Shown here: piece after piece, positions 35,672 to 45,110 of the stretch | Layout of the letters: each line of letters opens with the position of its first letter | How positions within the stretch are numbered: the stretch's first letter is position 1 | From: Octopus bimaculoides | Lineage: Eukaryota | Assembly: GCF_001194135.2 (NCBI RefSeq) | Contig: NC_069005.1 | Location: 30,862,991 to 30,926,990, forward strand | Direction of reading: 5' to 3' | DNA: 64,000 bases | The notes under the pieces: generated by a model | What the model was told of the DNA's origin: nothing | Database searches by the model: none | Seen by the model: the letters and a program-made list of their open reading frames with translations, nothing else | Translations under genes and position numbers: made by a program

Positions 35672-36560
35672 TGATTAGTTATAGGATTCAATAGAATCTA
35701 GGCACATCAACACTTAGGATGCCAGAAATGGCTAGGAACAATAGCATAGTATTTACAGTGAGATAAAACAACAATAATGATATCAAGTGTCACGTACTGG
35801 AACTGAAACCAGAACCCTGTGGTTGGGAAGCAAGCTTCTTACCACACAGCAATGCTTTCATCTAAATTGTTTCTTTCTTTCCAATTTCTCTTTAACCCTT
35901 TTGATACCAAACTGGCTGAAACCGGCTCTGGTTCTGAATACAAATGTCTTGTTTTCAGAAGTTTTGAATTAAAATCTTCCACCAAACCTTAGTCACAATT
36001 TATGTTCCTAACACTAGATTAATAATAACTAAGTTATTTTACTAAATTCTTTGTTATATTTAAAATTAATCAAAAGAAACACGGAGCATCTCAAAATAAA
36101 TATGGTAGCAAAAGGGTTAACAGCACAATCAGTTATTTTTGTTGATTTTTTTTTTTTGTCTTGGTGTGAGACATGCTGTTGGCTATACAAAGATGCATTT
36201 GAAAAATGAGAGGTCTCAACCATATGAGTTCCACCTTATTAATTACAATTATTAATTATAAATCTGTTGTTTTCCAGTAAAAAAAAGAAAAAAGGAAAAA
36301 AGAACAAAAATAAAATAAGACAAGAAAAAAAAATCAACAACAACCACCATCCTCGACCCCAACCCTTTCTTTATTCCAGTTTTATTCCTTGTTCATTTCT
36401 GCAGGTCCTTTTTTTGTTTGCAATTACCATTTTAAAGAATATCAATTCATTATTAAATTAATTCAACTGAATTTAATTACAGGAATTGGAGCAACGCCGT
36501 CAGAGGCCTTTTAACACCAGAGAACAAACTGCAGAGAAAACCTACCAAGATGACTTTTAA
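2161..36560 (+). CDS. DYNC2LI1: Cytoplasmic dynein-2 light intermediate chain 1, whole gene span; join(2161..2171,3320..3372,4881..4936,6186..6220,7205..7274,8289..8377,[exon 7 missing],11768..11836,15887..15964,22922..23001,26908..26978,31643..31688,33839..33890,35205..35297,36483..36560)
   Basis: Manually spliced exons give [104 protein letters not shown]-[gap][188 protein letters not shown]. The Walker A motif (GAKECGKS), KPTxALxY, WELGGG, PLVIIGxKYD, KxICKTLRFxAH and VDxNKPL match DYNC2LI1/XBX-1 as recalled. All introns are GT-AG and phases are consistent. Confidence 0.95.
2893..3225 (+). mobile_element. tRNA-derived SINE, family B
   Basis: A box TGGCTCAGTGG and B box GAGTTCGATTCC followed by CTTGAGCAAGACACTT; a related 3' part lies at about 13845-14010 on the minus strand. 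Confidence 0.75.
3320..3372 (+). CDS. DYNC2LI1: DYNC2LI1 coding exon 2 (53 nt)
   Basis: Polypyrimidine tract plus cctacag acceptor; [17 protein letters not shown]; donor gtaagt. Confidence 0.88.
4881..4936 (+). CDS. DYNC2LI1: DYNC2LI1 coding exon 3 (56 nt), first half of the P-loop
   Basis: ttccag acceptor; [18 protein letters not shown]; donor gtaagt. Confidence 0.92.
5031..5335 (+). mobile_element. RTE-clade LINE 3' end or RTE-derived short element (family C) with (GAT)n tail
   Basis: Begins within the LGLxEAMT-type C-terminus and ends CCATGCCAGCATG...GTTAAATGATGA; many copies in the window. Confidence 0.75.
6186..6220 (+). CDS. DYNC2LI1: DYNC2LI1 coding exon 4 (35 nt), second half of the P-loop
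   Basis: tttgttgcag acceptor; [11 protein letters not shown]; donor gtgagt. Confidence 0.92.
7205..7274 (+). CDS. DYNC2LI1: DYNC2LI1 coding exon 5 (70 nt)
   Basis: tttacag acceptor; [23 protein letters not shown]; donor gtaagt. Confidence 0.95.
7659..7722 (+). mobile_element. Mariner-type right terminal fragment
   Basis: CCAAAGCCAGGAACTTTTCAGTACCACCCCCCTTGTA then TA; resembles a mariner TIR (TACRAGGGG...GAAAAGTTCCTGGC, recalled) with TA target. Confidence 0.5.
7731..7860 (-). mobile_element. RTE LINE ORF2 C-terminal fragment
   Basis: Minus strand reads [43 protein letters not shown], a typical RTE GRxRPRKxW C-terminus. Confidence 0.75.
8289..8377 (+). CDS. DYNC2LI1: DYNC2LI1 coding exon 6 (89 nt)
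   Basis: gtttcag acceptor; [29 protein letters not shown]; donor gtaagt. Confidence 0.96.
8500..8640 (-). mobile_element. Possible degenerate Tc1/mariner transposase fragment
   Basis: Minus strand [12 protein letters not shown] resembles the SPDLxPxDFFLW motif; short and degenerate. Confidence 0.3.
9765..9903 (+). mobile_element. tRNA-derived SINE, family A (5' part)
   Basis: GGTTCAGTCCC B box plus GGGCAAGTGTCTT...GGAAACTGAAAGAAGCCC, matching other copies. Confidence 0.8.
10400..11749 (+). mobile_element. Tandem array of a TTAA-flanked piggyBac-like MITE (family F), spanning an N-gap
   Basis: TTAAcactttagcatt at 10400; complete unit TTAAtcctttagcatt...aatgctaaagggTTAA at 11584-11749; internal repeat period about 151 bp. 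Confidence 0.75.
11768..11836 (+). CDS. DYNC2LI1: DYNC2LI1 coding exon 8 (69 nt)
   Basis: tttttcag acceptor; [23 protein letters not shown]; donor gtaaga. Confidence 0.96.
13530..13692 (+). mobile_element. tRNA-derived SINE, family A
   Basis: A box TGGCTGTGTGG and B box GGTTCAGTCCC; near identical to the copies at 33411, 48233 and 61387. Confidence 0.88.
15887..15964 (+). CDS. DYNC2LI1: DYNC2LI1 coding exon 9 (78 nt)
   Basis: ttcatag acceptor; [26 protein letters not shown]; weak donor gttggt. Confidence 0.95.
16816..17098 (+). mobile_element. RTE-derived family C, young copy with (GAT)n tail
   Basis: Near identical to 48735-48920 and 41248-41390; ends GCGGACGTTAAAC(GAT)n. Confidence 0.85.
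17502..17716 (+). repeat. Minisatellite, 5 x 43 bp
   Basis: Unit GGGATGGTCAYGATAAGATTGTCAGTCCTAAATAACAATAAAY with only a few substitutions between units. Confidence 0.95.
18195..18780 (-). mobile_element. Two family C (RTE 3' end) copies
   Basis: Reverse-complement matches at about 18195-18420 and 18515-18780, preceded by an (ATC)n tail. Confidence 0.75.
21156..21490 (+). repeat. Minisatellite, about 10 x 33 bp
   Basis: Unit TGGTGGAGTGGAGTACAACTGRTATTGTATATC, more degenerate toward the 3' end. Confidence 0.93.
22190..22305 (-). mobile_element. Family C (RTE 3' end) copy
   Basis: (ATC)n then TTTAACATCCACTTTCCATGCTGGCATGGGTTGG. Confidence 0.8.
22623..22760 (-). mobile_element. SINE family A copy about 160 bp upstream of exon 10
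   Basis: Reverse complement of the family A head; other minus-strand copies at about 17340-17455, 23895-24170, 31752-31880 and 35785-35850. Confidence 0.75.
22922..23001 (+). CDS. DYNC2LI1: DYNC2LI1 coding exon 10 (80 nt)
   Basis: gtttgtag acceptor; [26 protein letters not shown]; donor gtaagt; phases fit both neighbouring exons. Confidence 0.88.
23040..23490 (-). mobile_element. Two tandem copies of the 3' module (D) of SINE family A
   Basis: GGCCATGCTGG...AAGCCTAGTACTT...GTTGTCAAG appears twice, each followed by (CA)n. Confidence 0.75.
26501..26697. mobile_element. Inverted (tail-to-tail) pair of family A SINE heads
   Basis: Plus-strand copy 26501-26590 (internally deleted) and minus-strand copy 26608-26697. 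Confidence 0.7.
26908..26978 (+). CDS. DYNC2LI1: DYNC2LI1 coding exon 11 (71 nt)
   Basis: attacag acceptor; [23 protein letters not shown]; donor gtaaat. Confidence 0.93.
27115..27372 (-). mobile_element. Family C (RTE 3' end) copy with a small internal duplication
   Basis: (ATC)n tail; the segment GTGGCACTGGCATGAGTACATGTTAT is duplicated at about 27309-27360. Confidence 0.75.
28366..28850 (-). mobile_element. RTE-BovB-like LINE 3' fossil
   Basis: Minus strand [33 protein letters not shown]...[15 protein letters not shown] resembles GELxxGKRxxGGQKKRFKDTLKxSLK...RTFRARIGLxSHLRTH; 3' tail GTCGACAACAATGGACGAAC. Confidence 0.8.
30208..30326 (+). mobile_element. SINE family A, internally deleted
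   Basis: GGTGCAGGAGTGG...GGTTCAGCCCC...CCAAAGCCTTGTGAG. Confidence 0.75.
31643..31688 (+). CDS. DYNC2LI1: DYNC2LI1 coding exon 12 (46 nt)
   Basis: ctattttag acceptor; [14 protein letters not shown]; donor gtacgt; phase 1 in and phase 2 out exactly bridge exons 11 and 13. Confidence 0.8.
32940..33200 (+). repeat. (CTAT)n/(CCAT)n tetranucleotide tract
   Basis: Long perfect ATCT core with degenerate flanks. Confidence 0.95.
33411..33570 (+). mobile_element. SINE family A
   Basis: A and B boxes intact; ends GAAAGAAGCCCATCG(TA)n. Confidence 0.87.
33839..33890 (+). CDS. DYNC2LI1: DYNC2LI1 coding exon 13 (52 nt)
   Basis: tttttcag acceptor; [17 protein letters not shown]; donor gtttgt. Confidence 0.85.
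34110..35044 (-). mobile_element. Tandem array of a TTAA piggyBac-like MITE (family G)
   Basis: Unit boundaries TTAAcccttttgttacc at 34440 and about 34815; array ends atcaaaagggTTAA at 35044; about 230 bp units. Confidence 0.8.
35205..35297 (+). CDS. DYNC2LI1: DYNC2LI1 coding exon 14 (93 nt)
   Basis: ccctacag acceptor; [31 protein letters not shown]; donor gtaagt. Confidence 0.93.
35892..36120 (+). mobile_element. Complete TTAA piggyBac-like MITE (family G)
   Basis: TTAA-CCCTTTTGATACCA...TGGTAGCAAAAGGG-TTAA terminal inverted repeats; inverted relative to 34815-35044. Confidence 0.88.
36483..36560 (+). CDS. DYNC2LI1: DYNC2LI1 terminal coding exon 15 (78 nt to TAA)
   Basis: attacag acceptor; [25 protein letters not shown] then TAA. 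Confidence 0.9.
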   Translation, partial: ELEQRRQRPFNTREQTAEKTYQDDF

Positions 36561-36792
36561 GATTTTTTTTCCCCCTAAAACACCAAAATTTGTTGGTATT
36601 TAAAAAAAAAATTTTTTTTTTTTATTGAGAGAACTTTCATGGTGTTTCTCTTTTTTGTTGTTGTTGTTGTTGTTGTAGAAATGTTTTTGTTTCTTATTCA
36701 TTGTCAGAGTGGGTTGGATAGAGCTGCAATTTTTCAAACTTCTTTGCCATTTCTCGGAATGGAGCTCACTTTTTTACAAAATTCTAGCCACC

Positions 36793-36945
36793 AGCATGGC
36801 TGTGGGATAAAGAAGCTTGATTCCCAGCCACGTGCTTTTGAGTTCCATCTCACTGCATGGGACCTCGGACAAGTGTCTTCAAACGTAGCCCCAGATCGAC
36901 CAAAGCCTTGTAAATGGATTCAGTTGATGGAAACTGTAAGAAGCT
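36793..36945 (+). mobile_element. Degenerate SINE family A in the probable DYNC2LI1 3' UTR
   Basis: GGCTGTGGGATAAAGAAGCTTG...GGACAAGTGTCTT...GATGGAAACTG. Confidence 0.7.
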
Positions 36946-37807
36946 TATGTATATATATTCTTTTACCCTTTTACTTGTTTCTGTCATCAACAAGCCCCTA
37001 TCCCCAAAATTTCAGACCTCATGCCTATAGAAAGGATTATCATTTTATGTTTATTTTCTTCTTGACTCAGAATGCAGAGACCCATATCAAATACCACAAG
37101 GCATCTGTTGGTTCGGCATTCTTACAGTCCCTACCACTCTATCACCTTTAACTGGCACCTTTTTTTTTTTATTGACTCCTGAAAGGTAGAAAAACAGAGG
37201 TGATCTCAGCAGGATTTGATCTCACTGCACAGTAGAAAATCAGCACAAACACACCATGAAGAAATAAAATGCAAGATTCTATTGAGTCGGCCAGTTAACC
37301 ACCACCATAGNNNNNNNNNNNNNNNNNNNNNNNNNNNNNNNNNNNNNNNNNNNNNNNNNNNNNNNNNNNNNNNNNNNNNNNNNNNNNNNNNNNNNNNNNN
37401 NNNNNNNNNNNNNNNNNNNNNNNNNNNNNNNNNNNNNNNNNNNNNNNNNNNNNNNNNNNNNNNNNNNNNNNNNNNNNNNNNNNNNNNNNNNNNNNNNNNN
37501 NNNNNNNNNNNNNNNNNNNNNNNNNNNNNNNNNNNNNNNNNNNNNNNNNNNNNNNNNNNNNNNNNNNNNNNNNNNNNNNNNNNNNNNNNNNNNNNNNNNN
37601 NNNNNNNNNNNNNNNNNNNNNNNNNNNNNNNNNNNNNNNNNNNNNNNNNNNNNNNNNNNNNNNNNNNNNNNNNNNNNNNNNNNNNNNNNNNNNNNNNNNN
37701 NNNNNNNNNNNNNNNNNNNNNNNNNNNNNNNNNNNNNNNNNNNNNNNNNNNNNNNNNNNNNNNNNNNNNNNNNTATATATTTGATTGTGTTTTGTATGTA
37801 AGGTGGT

Positions 37808-38170
37808 TATCATCATCATCATCATCATCATCATCATCGTTTTACGTCCGCTTTCCATGCTGGCATGGGTTGGACGGTTTAACTGAGGACTGGCGAGCCA
37901 GATGGCTGCACCAGGCTCCAATCTGATCTGGCCGAGTTTCTACAGCTGGATGATGCCCTTCCTAACGCCAACCACTCCGAGAGTGTAGTGGGTGCTTTTA
38001 CATGCCACCGGAACGAGGGCCAGTCAGGCGGTACTGGCAACGGCCACGCTCAAATGGTGTTTTTTACGTGCCACCTGCACAGGAGGCAGTCCAGTGGAAC
38101 TGGTAACGATCATGCTTGAATGGTGCTTTTTACGTGCCACCAGCATGGGAGCCAGTCAGCGGCCCTGACA
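37808..38170 (-). mobile_element. Family C (RTE 3' end), young copy
   Basis: (ATC)n followed by the reverse complement of the 16816-type sequence. Confidence 0.85.
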
Positions 38171-39849
38171 TGTACAACTGTGGAGAAACATTGCTTTACT
38201 TGATGACAAGAGAGATTTAACGACAGGAAGGGCATCAGGCCACAAGGAATCTGTCCCAACGAATTCCATTTAACTCATGCAAGCATGGAAGAGCAAACAT
38301 TGATGATTATAATGAAGGTTTGGGTTCACTCCTGAGGCTGTGGTAGAAAATGCCTTTCCATAATGGAATGCGATGAAATTGAACTGGAAATCATGTAGAC
38401 GAGAAGCCCCTCCATGAAATGGTCATGGTTTTTTGGCTCATGGTGTGTTGGTGGTGGTGGTGATGTATAGCGGTGGAATTGAATGGTCTGTTGTGATGTT
38501 ATTGTGGTGGAGGAGGTACTTTGAAAGAGAGAAGTGCAAGAGGAGAGAGGGGTGGCATATAAATAAAAGAANNNNNNNNNNNNNNNNNNNNNNNNNNNNN
38601 NNNNNNNNNNNNNNNNNNNNNNNNNNNNNNNNNNNNNNNNNNNNNNNNNNNNNNNNNNNNNNNNNNNNNNNNNNNNNNNNNNNNNNNNNNNNNNNNNNNN
38701 NNNNNNNNNNNNNNNNNNNNNNNNNNNNNNNNNNNNNNNNNNNNNNNNNNNNNNNNNNNNNNNNNNNNNNNNNNNNNNNNNNNNNNNNNNNNNNNNNNNN
38801 NNNNNNNNNNNNNNNNNNNNNNNNNNNNNNNNNNNNNNNNNNNNNNNNNNNNNNNNNNNNNNNNNNNNNNNNNNNNNNNNNNNNNNNNNNNNNNNNNNNN
38901 NNNNNNNNNNNNNNNNNNNNNNNNNNNNNNNNNNNNNNNNNNNNNNNNNNNNNNNNNNNNNNNNNNNNNNNNNNNNNNNNNNNNNNNNNNNNNNNNNNNN
39001 NNNNNNNNNNNNNNNNNNNNNNNNNNNNNNNNNNNNNNNNNNNNNNNNNNNNNNNNNNNNNNNNNNNNNNNNNNNNNNNNNNNNNNNNNNNNNNNNNNNN
39101 NNNNNNNNNNNNNNNNNNNNNNNNNNNNNNNNNNTATATATGTATATGTATATATATAAATGTATTTGTGTGTATGTATGTATGTATGCACACATACACA
39201 CGTAGAGCCGCAGAAAAGAAAGGATATTCTTTCTGTTAATGGCTAGAATATTGATGTATATAAAAGAGGAAAATATATTATTTATGAAAAATAAGGGAAG
39301 ATAATTGGAGCTTGTTCTGTTTATTTCTGTCTTCATCGATTTACCGATAGGTTATTTATATATACTCACACAAATATATACATATGGATGTATGTATGTG
39401 TGTAATACATGTGTATATGTATGTAATATATGTAATAATGAATGTATAATGTAGGTATATGTGTATAAATGTAATGTATGTATATTATGTATGCAATGTA
39501 TGTATATATGTGTGTGAATGTATGTAATATCTGTGTGTGTGTGTGTGTGTGTATTTACTGTGTCTGAAGTTTATTTAGATTCAGTAAAAAATATTTATGT
39601 GAAAGTAAGAAATCTCACACACACACACACACACAGAAGTTGTTTCTTATCGACCAAACATTCATGCAGTCATACATTCACCAATTCACCAAATAAGGTT
39701 TCTATGTTCCTCTCTACACTATATTTGGATCAGTCGTTTTAGCTTCATGTTAATCTAATCCTTTCTTAAAAAACGCTAAGAACCTCGTTGTGGCTTACAT
39801 CTCATATTCTATTGCATCTGATGAAGGGGAACAACAGGTTAAAGGTAAA

Positions 39850-40220
39850 TTATGATTCCTGGAAAGAATGCTAATTCAAAGAGGGAACAGCTTCTTTTGA
39901 TAGAGAGACTGAACTTTGTGTTGTGAGTGAAGACAATATGAGTTNNNNNNNNNNNNNNNNNNNNNNNNNNNNNNNNNNNNNNNNNNNNNNNNNNNNNNNN
40001 NNNNNNNNNNNNNNNNNNNNNNNNNNNNNNNNNNNNNNNNNNNNNNNNNNNNNNNNNNNNNNNNNNNNNNNNNNNNNNNNNNNNNNNNNNNNNNNNNNNN
40101 NNNNNNNNNNNNNNNNNNNNNNNNNNNNNNNNNNNNNTTCCGAGGCTTCGAAAGGGCTTAGAAAAACTGAAGGACTGCTGCAATAAGTGTACGAATCTGA
40201 GAGGGAAATATTTTGAATAA
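39850..40220 (+). mobile_element. Mariner transposase remnant spanning an N-gap
   Basis: 40152-40220 reads KGLEKLKDCCNKCTNLRGKYFE*, a classic mariner C-terminus; before the gap, W...FKEGTAS is HTH-like. Confidence 0.65.
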
Positions 40221-41409
40221 AATCATAAATCGCAATTCCTGAGTTAGCATCTGCTCTATATCTCTATGTATGTATTTATGTATGTACATATATATATATA
40301 TATATATTATTATATGTATTTATTTTCTCCTAGTTAATAAATAACTCGGTTAAAATGTCTTACGTTTAAGCTGGTTCCCATGCATTTCCCTGAAGAGAAG
40401 ATTACATTCTTAACAACATCGCCGATTCCTATGGAAGGTATAATTTGTAATCTTCGAAACATATGTTGGAAATAAAAGTATGCAATTAACATATGCGTTT
40501 TACTCCATTCACTAAATTTATATATATAAATATTTCCTCTCTACTTTGTCCATTTATGATGAGGGCACATTTTTTATTTGTGGGGGAAAATTAAAATGCT
40601 GTTTTAAGTACTGTAGAGGCTGGAATGGATTTTTATTATATGTGTGTCTGATAAGAGTCGACCCGGGGTTAAACAACAATGACCACTACAACAACAACAA
40701 CAATCTCTCCTATCAGATCCAGACAAATATGAATCACACATCCACACAGAAATAGATTCATTGATTGCTAAACTTGGCTCAGGACACTCTCTGCAGGGTT
40801 GCCAATCAACTGCTATAAATCTTGAAGAATAAAGCATAATGTTGCACACCAATCAAATCCATCTCATTCATCTGTCTCAACTGTAACAGTCTCATTATTT
40901 ATTCTGAAGTGATTCTTGCGAACTGCGGACTTGCTTCATGAAAGTTTAATTATAATCCTCACCATCGTTATCATTATCTTCTGTTATTATCTTCATTATC
41001 ATCATCGTTATTGTCCTTTTTACATCCATTTTCCCCTTGCATGCATTGGTCAGCCAGAGTTTTGCTGATCCTCATCTCTGTTTCCAAGGAAAGTAATATT
41101 TTCCTGTGGCTGGATATGTTTCCCACAGATGACTGGAAATGAATTTACACTGTTTTCTAAAATACCACATGATAGTTTACATGTGATACATGGTGTCAAG
41201 ATAAGGGTAGACACAAACACATCTACATATATATGTATATAGATAAATATTGGTGTTAGGAAGGGCATCCAGCTGTAGAAACTCTGCCAGATCAGATTGG
41301 AGCCTGGTGCAGCCTCCTGGCTTGCCAGTCCTCAGTCAAATCGTCCAACCCATGCTAGCATGGAAAGCGAACGTTAAACGACGACGATGATATATATATA
41401 TAAAGATCC

Positions 41410-41645
41410 CAACAATATCCTCACGCTTCAAGACCAGTTGCTGCAACAGCTTGGGTTTTCAAGGGCCCACAGTTTTTTTAATATTCTCCCAAAGAGCCTG
41501 AGGGACCTACACAAAGTGGATGAAGGTGTTTTCGAAACATAACCGGATCTCTTCCTGTCAAGATTCCTAGATGAACCCACCTCGCAACAGGAGGTGCAAA
41601 TGAGGGCAGCAACATCAAACTCCTTTATTCACCAAATGGCACATA
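41410..41645 (+). mobile_element. CR1-type LINE ORF2 3' fossil
   Basis: SRFKTSCCNSLGFQGP / FNILPKSLRDLHKVDEGVFET*PDLFLSRFLDEPTSQQEVQMRAATSNS with a frameshift. Confidence 0.7.
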
Positions 41646-41799
41646 TCATAGGAGGCTTTCAATAATAACAGTAGCAAAATGGCGGTGCCCCAGCATGGCC
41701 ACAGCTTTGAGCTGAAATTGATGGGGAAAAAAAAGATATGTATATATATATATATATATATATAAGGGGACAAACAAGGACAGACAAAGGGATTAAGTC

Positions 41800-41965
41800 G
41801 ATTACCTTGACCCCGGTGCATAACTGATACTTATTTAATTGACCCCAAAAGGATGAAAGGCAAAGTCGACCTCGGTGGAATTTGAACTCAGAATGTGCAG
41901 ACGGACGGAAATGTCGCTAAGCATTTCGCCCAGCATGCTAATGATTCTGCCAGCTCACCTCCCTG
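41800..41965 (-). mobile_element. tRNA-derived SINE, family E
   Basis: Reverse complement of the 63775 type (GAGTTCAAATTCC B box, GGTCGACTTTGCCTTTCATCC); other copies at about 4250-4420, 30755-30930, 43855-44010, 51520-51650 and 56895-56990. Confidence 0.8.
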
Positions 41966-42591
41966 TTTGAAACCAATATTAACTTAATTAAAGAAAAGAC
42001 CTGGACAGTTTTTAGATAATGTCTTTGCTTCAGTACTAACAGTACATGTCTGTATTTGACCAGTCTTTTGCTGATGCTGGCTGGAACCACATCTTCCATA
42101 TTATATCTTGTACAATGTAGAATAGATCATATAGTAAATTGCAACAGTGTTTGAATAAAAAAAAAAAGACCTATGATCAATTGGATTATAATGGCTTCAG
42201 ATTATTGGAATTCTGTTGAGATGTACAATGCCGTTAGACTGATGGCTTTTCACCATAAGCTCTTCTCTGCCTGTGTGTGTGTGTGTCTGTGTGAGGAATC
42301 ACATGTAATATATTTGCAGTTACTTGCTTGTTCACTAGTCTCACAGTTGACAGATTAGAGGTTTTGCTTTGTTGGTCTCTTTTTCACCATCTTTTTTTTT
42401 CCCCTTCCTAAAAATAGCAGCAGAAATATTCGTGTGAATGAACAGGTGCACATATACATGTACACAAGCTAGAACTGTTCCAGCATGGCCACAATTGTAA
42501 TGGCTAAAATAAACTAAAAAAAACACACGTGTGTGTATGTATGTGTGCATGTTCACATATATTTTCAGAAATATTAATATTAATGATATTT

Positions 42592-42624
<33 letters not shown>

Positions 42625-42799
42625 AATGTGTGTGTGTATATATATATATATCATTCAAAAAAGGTTAGAGGTTGTTAATCCAACCAACTAAGGGATAGTA
42701 TCTTATTTCTTTATTGCCCACAAGGGGCTAAACATAGAGGGGACAAATAAGGACAGACAAAGAGGTTAAGTCGATTAAATCGACCCCAGTGCTTAACTG

Positions 42800-43100
42800 G
42801 TACTCAGTCTCACTGCATGGCACCTTGGGCAAGTAAGAGAGAGACAGACAGACAGACCAATATAGATAAGTATATATATCATAGTTATGTGTGTGTGTTT
42901 GTCCGCAACACTACTTGATATTTGGTATTGGTGTGTTTACATCCCCATAACCTAGTGGTTCAGCAAAACAGACCGATAGAATAAATAGCAGACTTCGAAA
43001 TAAAAATAAGTACTGGGGTCAACTCATTCAACTAAAATTCTAAAAAGTGGTGCTCCAGCATGATCACAGTCTAAAGACTGAAAGAAGTAAACAATAAAAG
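42800..43100 (+). mobile_element. SINE family A+D composite copy
   Basis: A fragment (GCACCTTGGGCAAGT), microsatellite, then the D module ending GACTGAAAGAAGTAAACAATAAAAG. Confidence 0.7.
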
Positions 43101-44024
43101 CTATTGACCATGTTCTTGTGGACATATGTGCATGGTCAGCATTAACCAATGCAGTTTTTTTTGTGTGTGTGTGTGTTTTTGCTTGTTTTTTTTTTTCTTT
43201 GCCAAGGACAGTATGATGTGGTTTTGTGGGAAATTTGGTTATTTACTGTCATAGAAAAAAAATATATAAAAAGAAAAGAAGAATTTCAGATAAAATAGTC
43301 TCAGATACAAACGAAATGGCATAAAACAAAAAAGAAAAAAGATGGCTGATAACAAGAGCAGCAACAGCAACAACATTCGTTTGTAATAAATTTGAATCGA
43401 AGATCAATTGTCCACCACAGTTATTCAGTTGGTCAGTCAGTTCCCCTTTTTTATATACAATGGCTTATTGGTTCCGAAATTGAGCGAAAAGTTAGAGACT
43501 CTTCACCCAGAACACCAACAAATTATCTGCTTGTTTATTACTGTCACTATTATCACTACTACTACTACTACTACTGCTGCTGCTGCTATTAGAACTAATA
43601 CTGACGATGATGATAACACTATTTTCTCTCTTTCTCTTTCACTTCTTCATTGATTGATTGTGAAGAGGTGGGACATAGGAAAGCACTGTGCTAAATTTCA
43701 ATATTAGATACTGTATTGTATATAGATTCTTCTTCTTCTTCTTCTCCCCTCCTTCCTCCTCCTCCTCCACCGCCAAATTCTTTTCCCAGTACCATTTTCA
43801 ATGGACAACACTGCAGTGATTAATTAATTAATGAATTGAATAATAATAATTCTTTCAATTATTGGCACACACCTTGAAATTTTAAGTGGTGGTGGTGGTG
43901 GTGGGGGGTTCCAGTCGGTTACATTGACTCCAGTATGTGACTGCTACTTATGTTATCAACGCCAAAAGGATGAAAGGCAATGTCGACCTCAGTGGAATTT
44001 GAACTCAGAACATGACTAGAAGGC

Positions 44025-44290
44025 TGTGACTGGTTGACTCAGAAACCAGATGACTATGTGACTGGGTGATTCAGTTGCTTGATCAGTGTGACTGCATGAC
44101 TATGAATGGGTGACATGGTGACTGACAGAGTGAATGAGTGACTCAGTGAACAGATGGCGATGTAACTGAGTGACTCAGAGACCAGAAAACTAACTGTGTC
44201 ACAGGGCAACTCAGTAACTAGATTGAGTGTTACTTGGTGACCCAAAGACTTGCTGACTGTGTGACAGGGTGACTAAAAGACAAGATTATT
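44025..44290 (+). repeat. Degenerate GTGACT-rich simple repeat
   Basis: Many TGAC/GTGACT words, including TGACTCA at 44035, 44139 and 44171. Confidence 0.7.
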
Positions 44291-44787
44291 AGATAACTGA
44301 GTAAGTTGTTGGATGGTGGTGAAGCTTATAGAACCAACTACTTTTAAGATATGAAAAGGAAATGGAAGAACTTCCTTTGATTCTGACCAACATGGAAGCA
44401 GAACAGTGTGACAGTGGTGGTGGTGGTGCTGCTGCTGTTGTAGTTGATGGTGGTGGTGGAAGAAACAATGGTTGAAGCCATAAAGCTATCTGAGAAATAA
44501 GAAATATCTATTAATGGGTTAATAATGATGGATCTGTGATAAACTGGAATGGTGATAAAGATAATAAAAGAATCAATAGGAAGAACGGACAAAAGGAATT
44601 TCTGCCAACAGAAATATTGTGGACATACAGGAAATGTCCACTTAGAGCAGAACTATCACACTTCGATTGAGATTATCGGTTATCATTCTCTATCGACATG
44701 GCTACTTGACTTGGTAGAAATAGCAGCCAATTTCTCCTTAAATGACACCTTCCTTGTTTGTTTTTAATAAAAGGCAATGGCACACTA

Positions 44788-45110
44788 GGTGCAGGCATGG
44801 CCATGTGGTTAAGAAGGTTGTTCTGTGATTGAATACTTTTGGGTTCAGTCCCACTGTGTGACACCTCAGGTGAGTGTCCTTTGGTGTAGTCCAGGGCTGA
44901 CCAAAGCTTTGTGAGTGAAGTGAATTTGGTAGACAGAGACTGTGTGGAAGCCCTACGTGTGTGTTTGTTTGCCACCACCACCACTTAACAACTGGTATAG
45001 GCTTATTTATGTCCCCATAACTAAACAGTTTGACAAAAGAGACCAATAGAATAGTTACCCTATTTAAAAAAAAAAAATTTAAGTGGGGTCAAACTCGTAT
45101 GGATCATGTA
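44788..45110 (+). mobile_element. SINE family A+D composite copy
   Basis: GGTGCAGGCATGGCCATGTGG head, B box, (GT)n, then the D module. Confidence 0.78.

Noticed and set aside
37263-37268. AATAAA as the DYNC2LI1 polyadenylation signal
   Set aside because: Plausible (about 700 nt after the stop) but AATAAA is common in this AT-rich DNA and a gap follows; cannot be supported without transcript data
39814-39871. Second hammerhead-like string GCAT-CTGATGA...TTCCT-GGAAA-GA-ATGC
   Set aside because: No stem III or cleavage triplet, and it overlaps the mariner remnant
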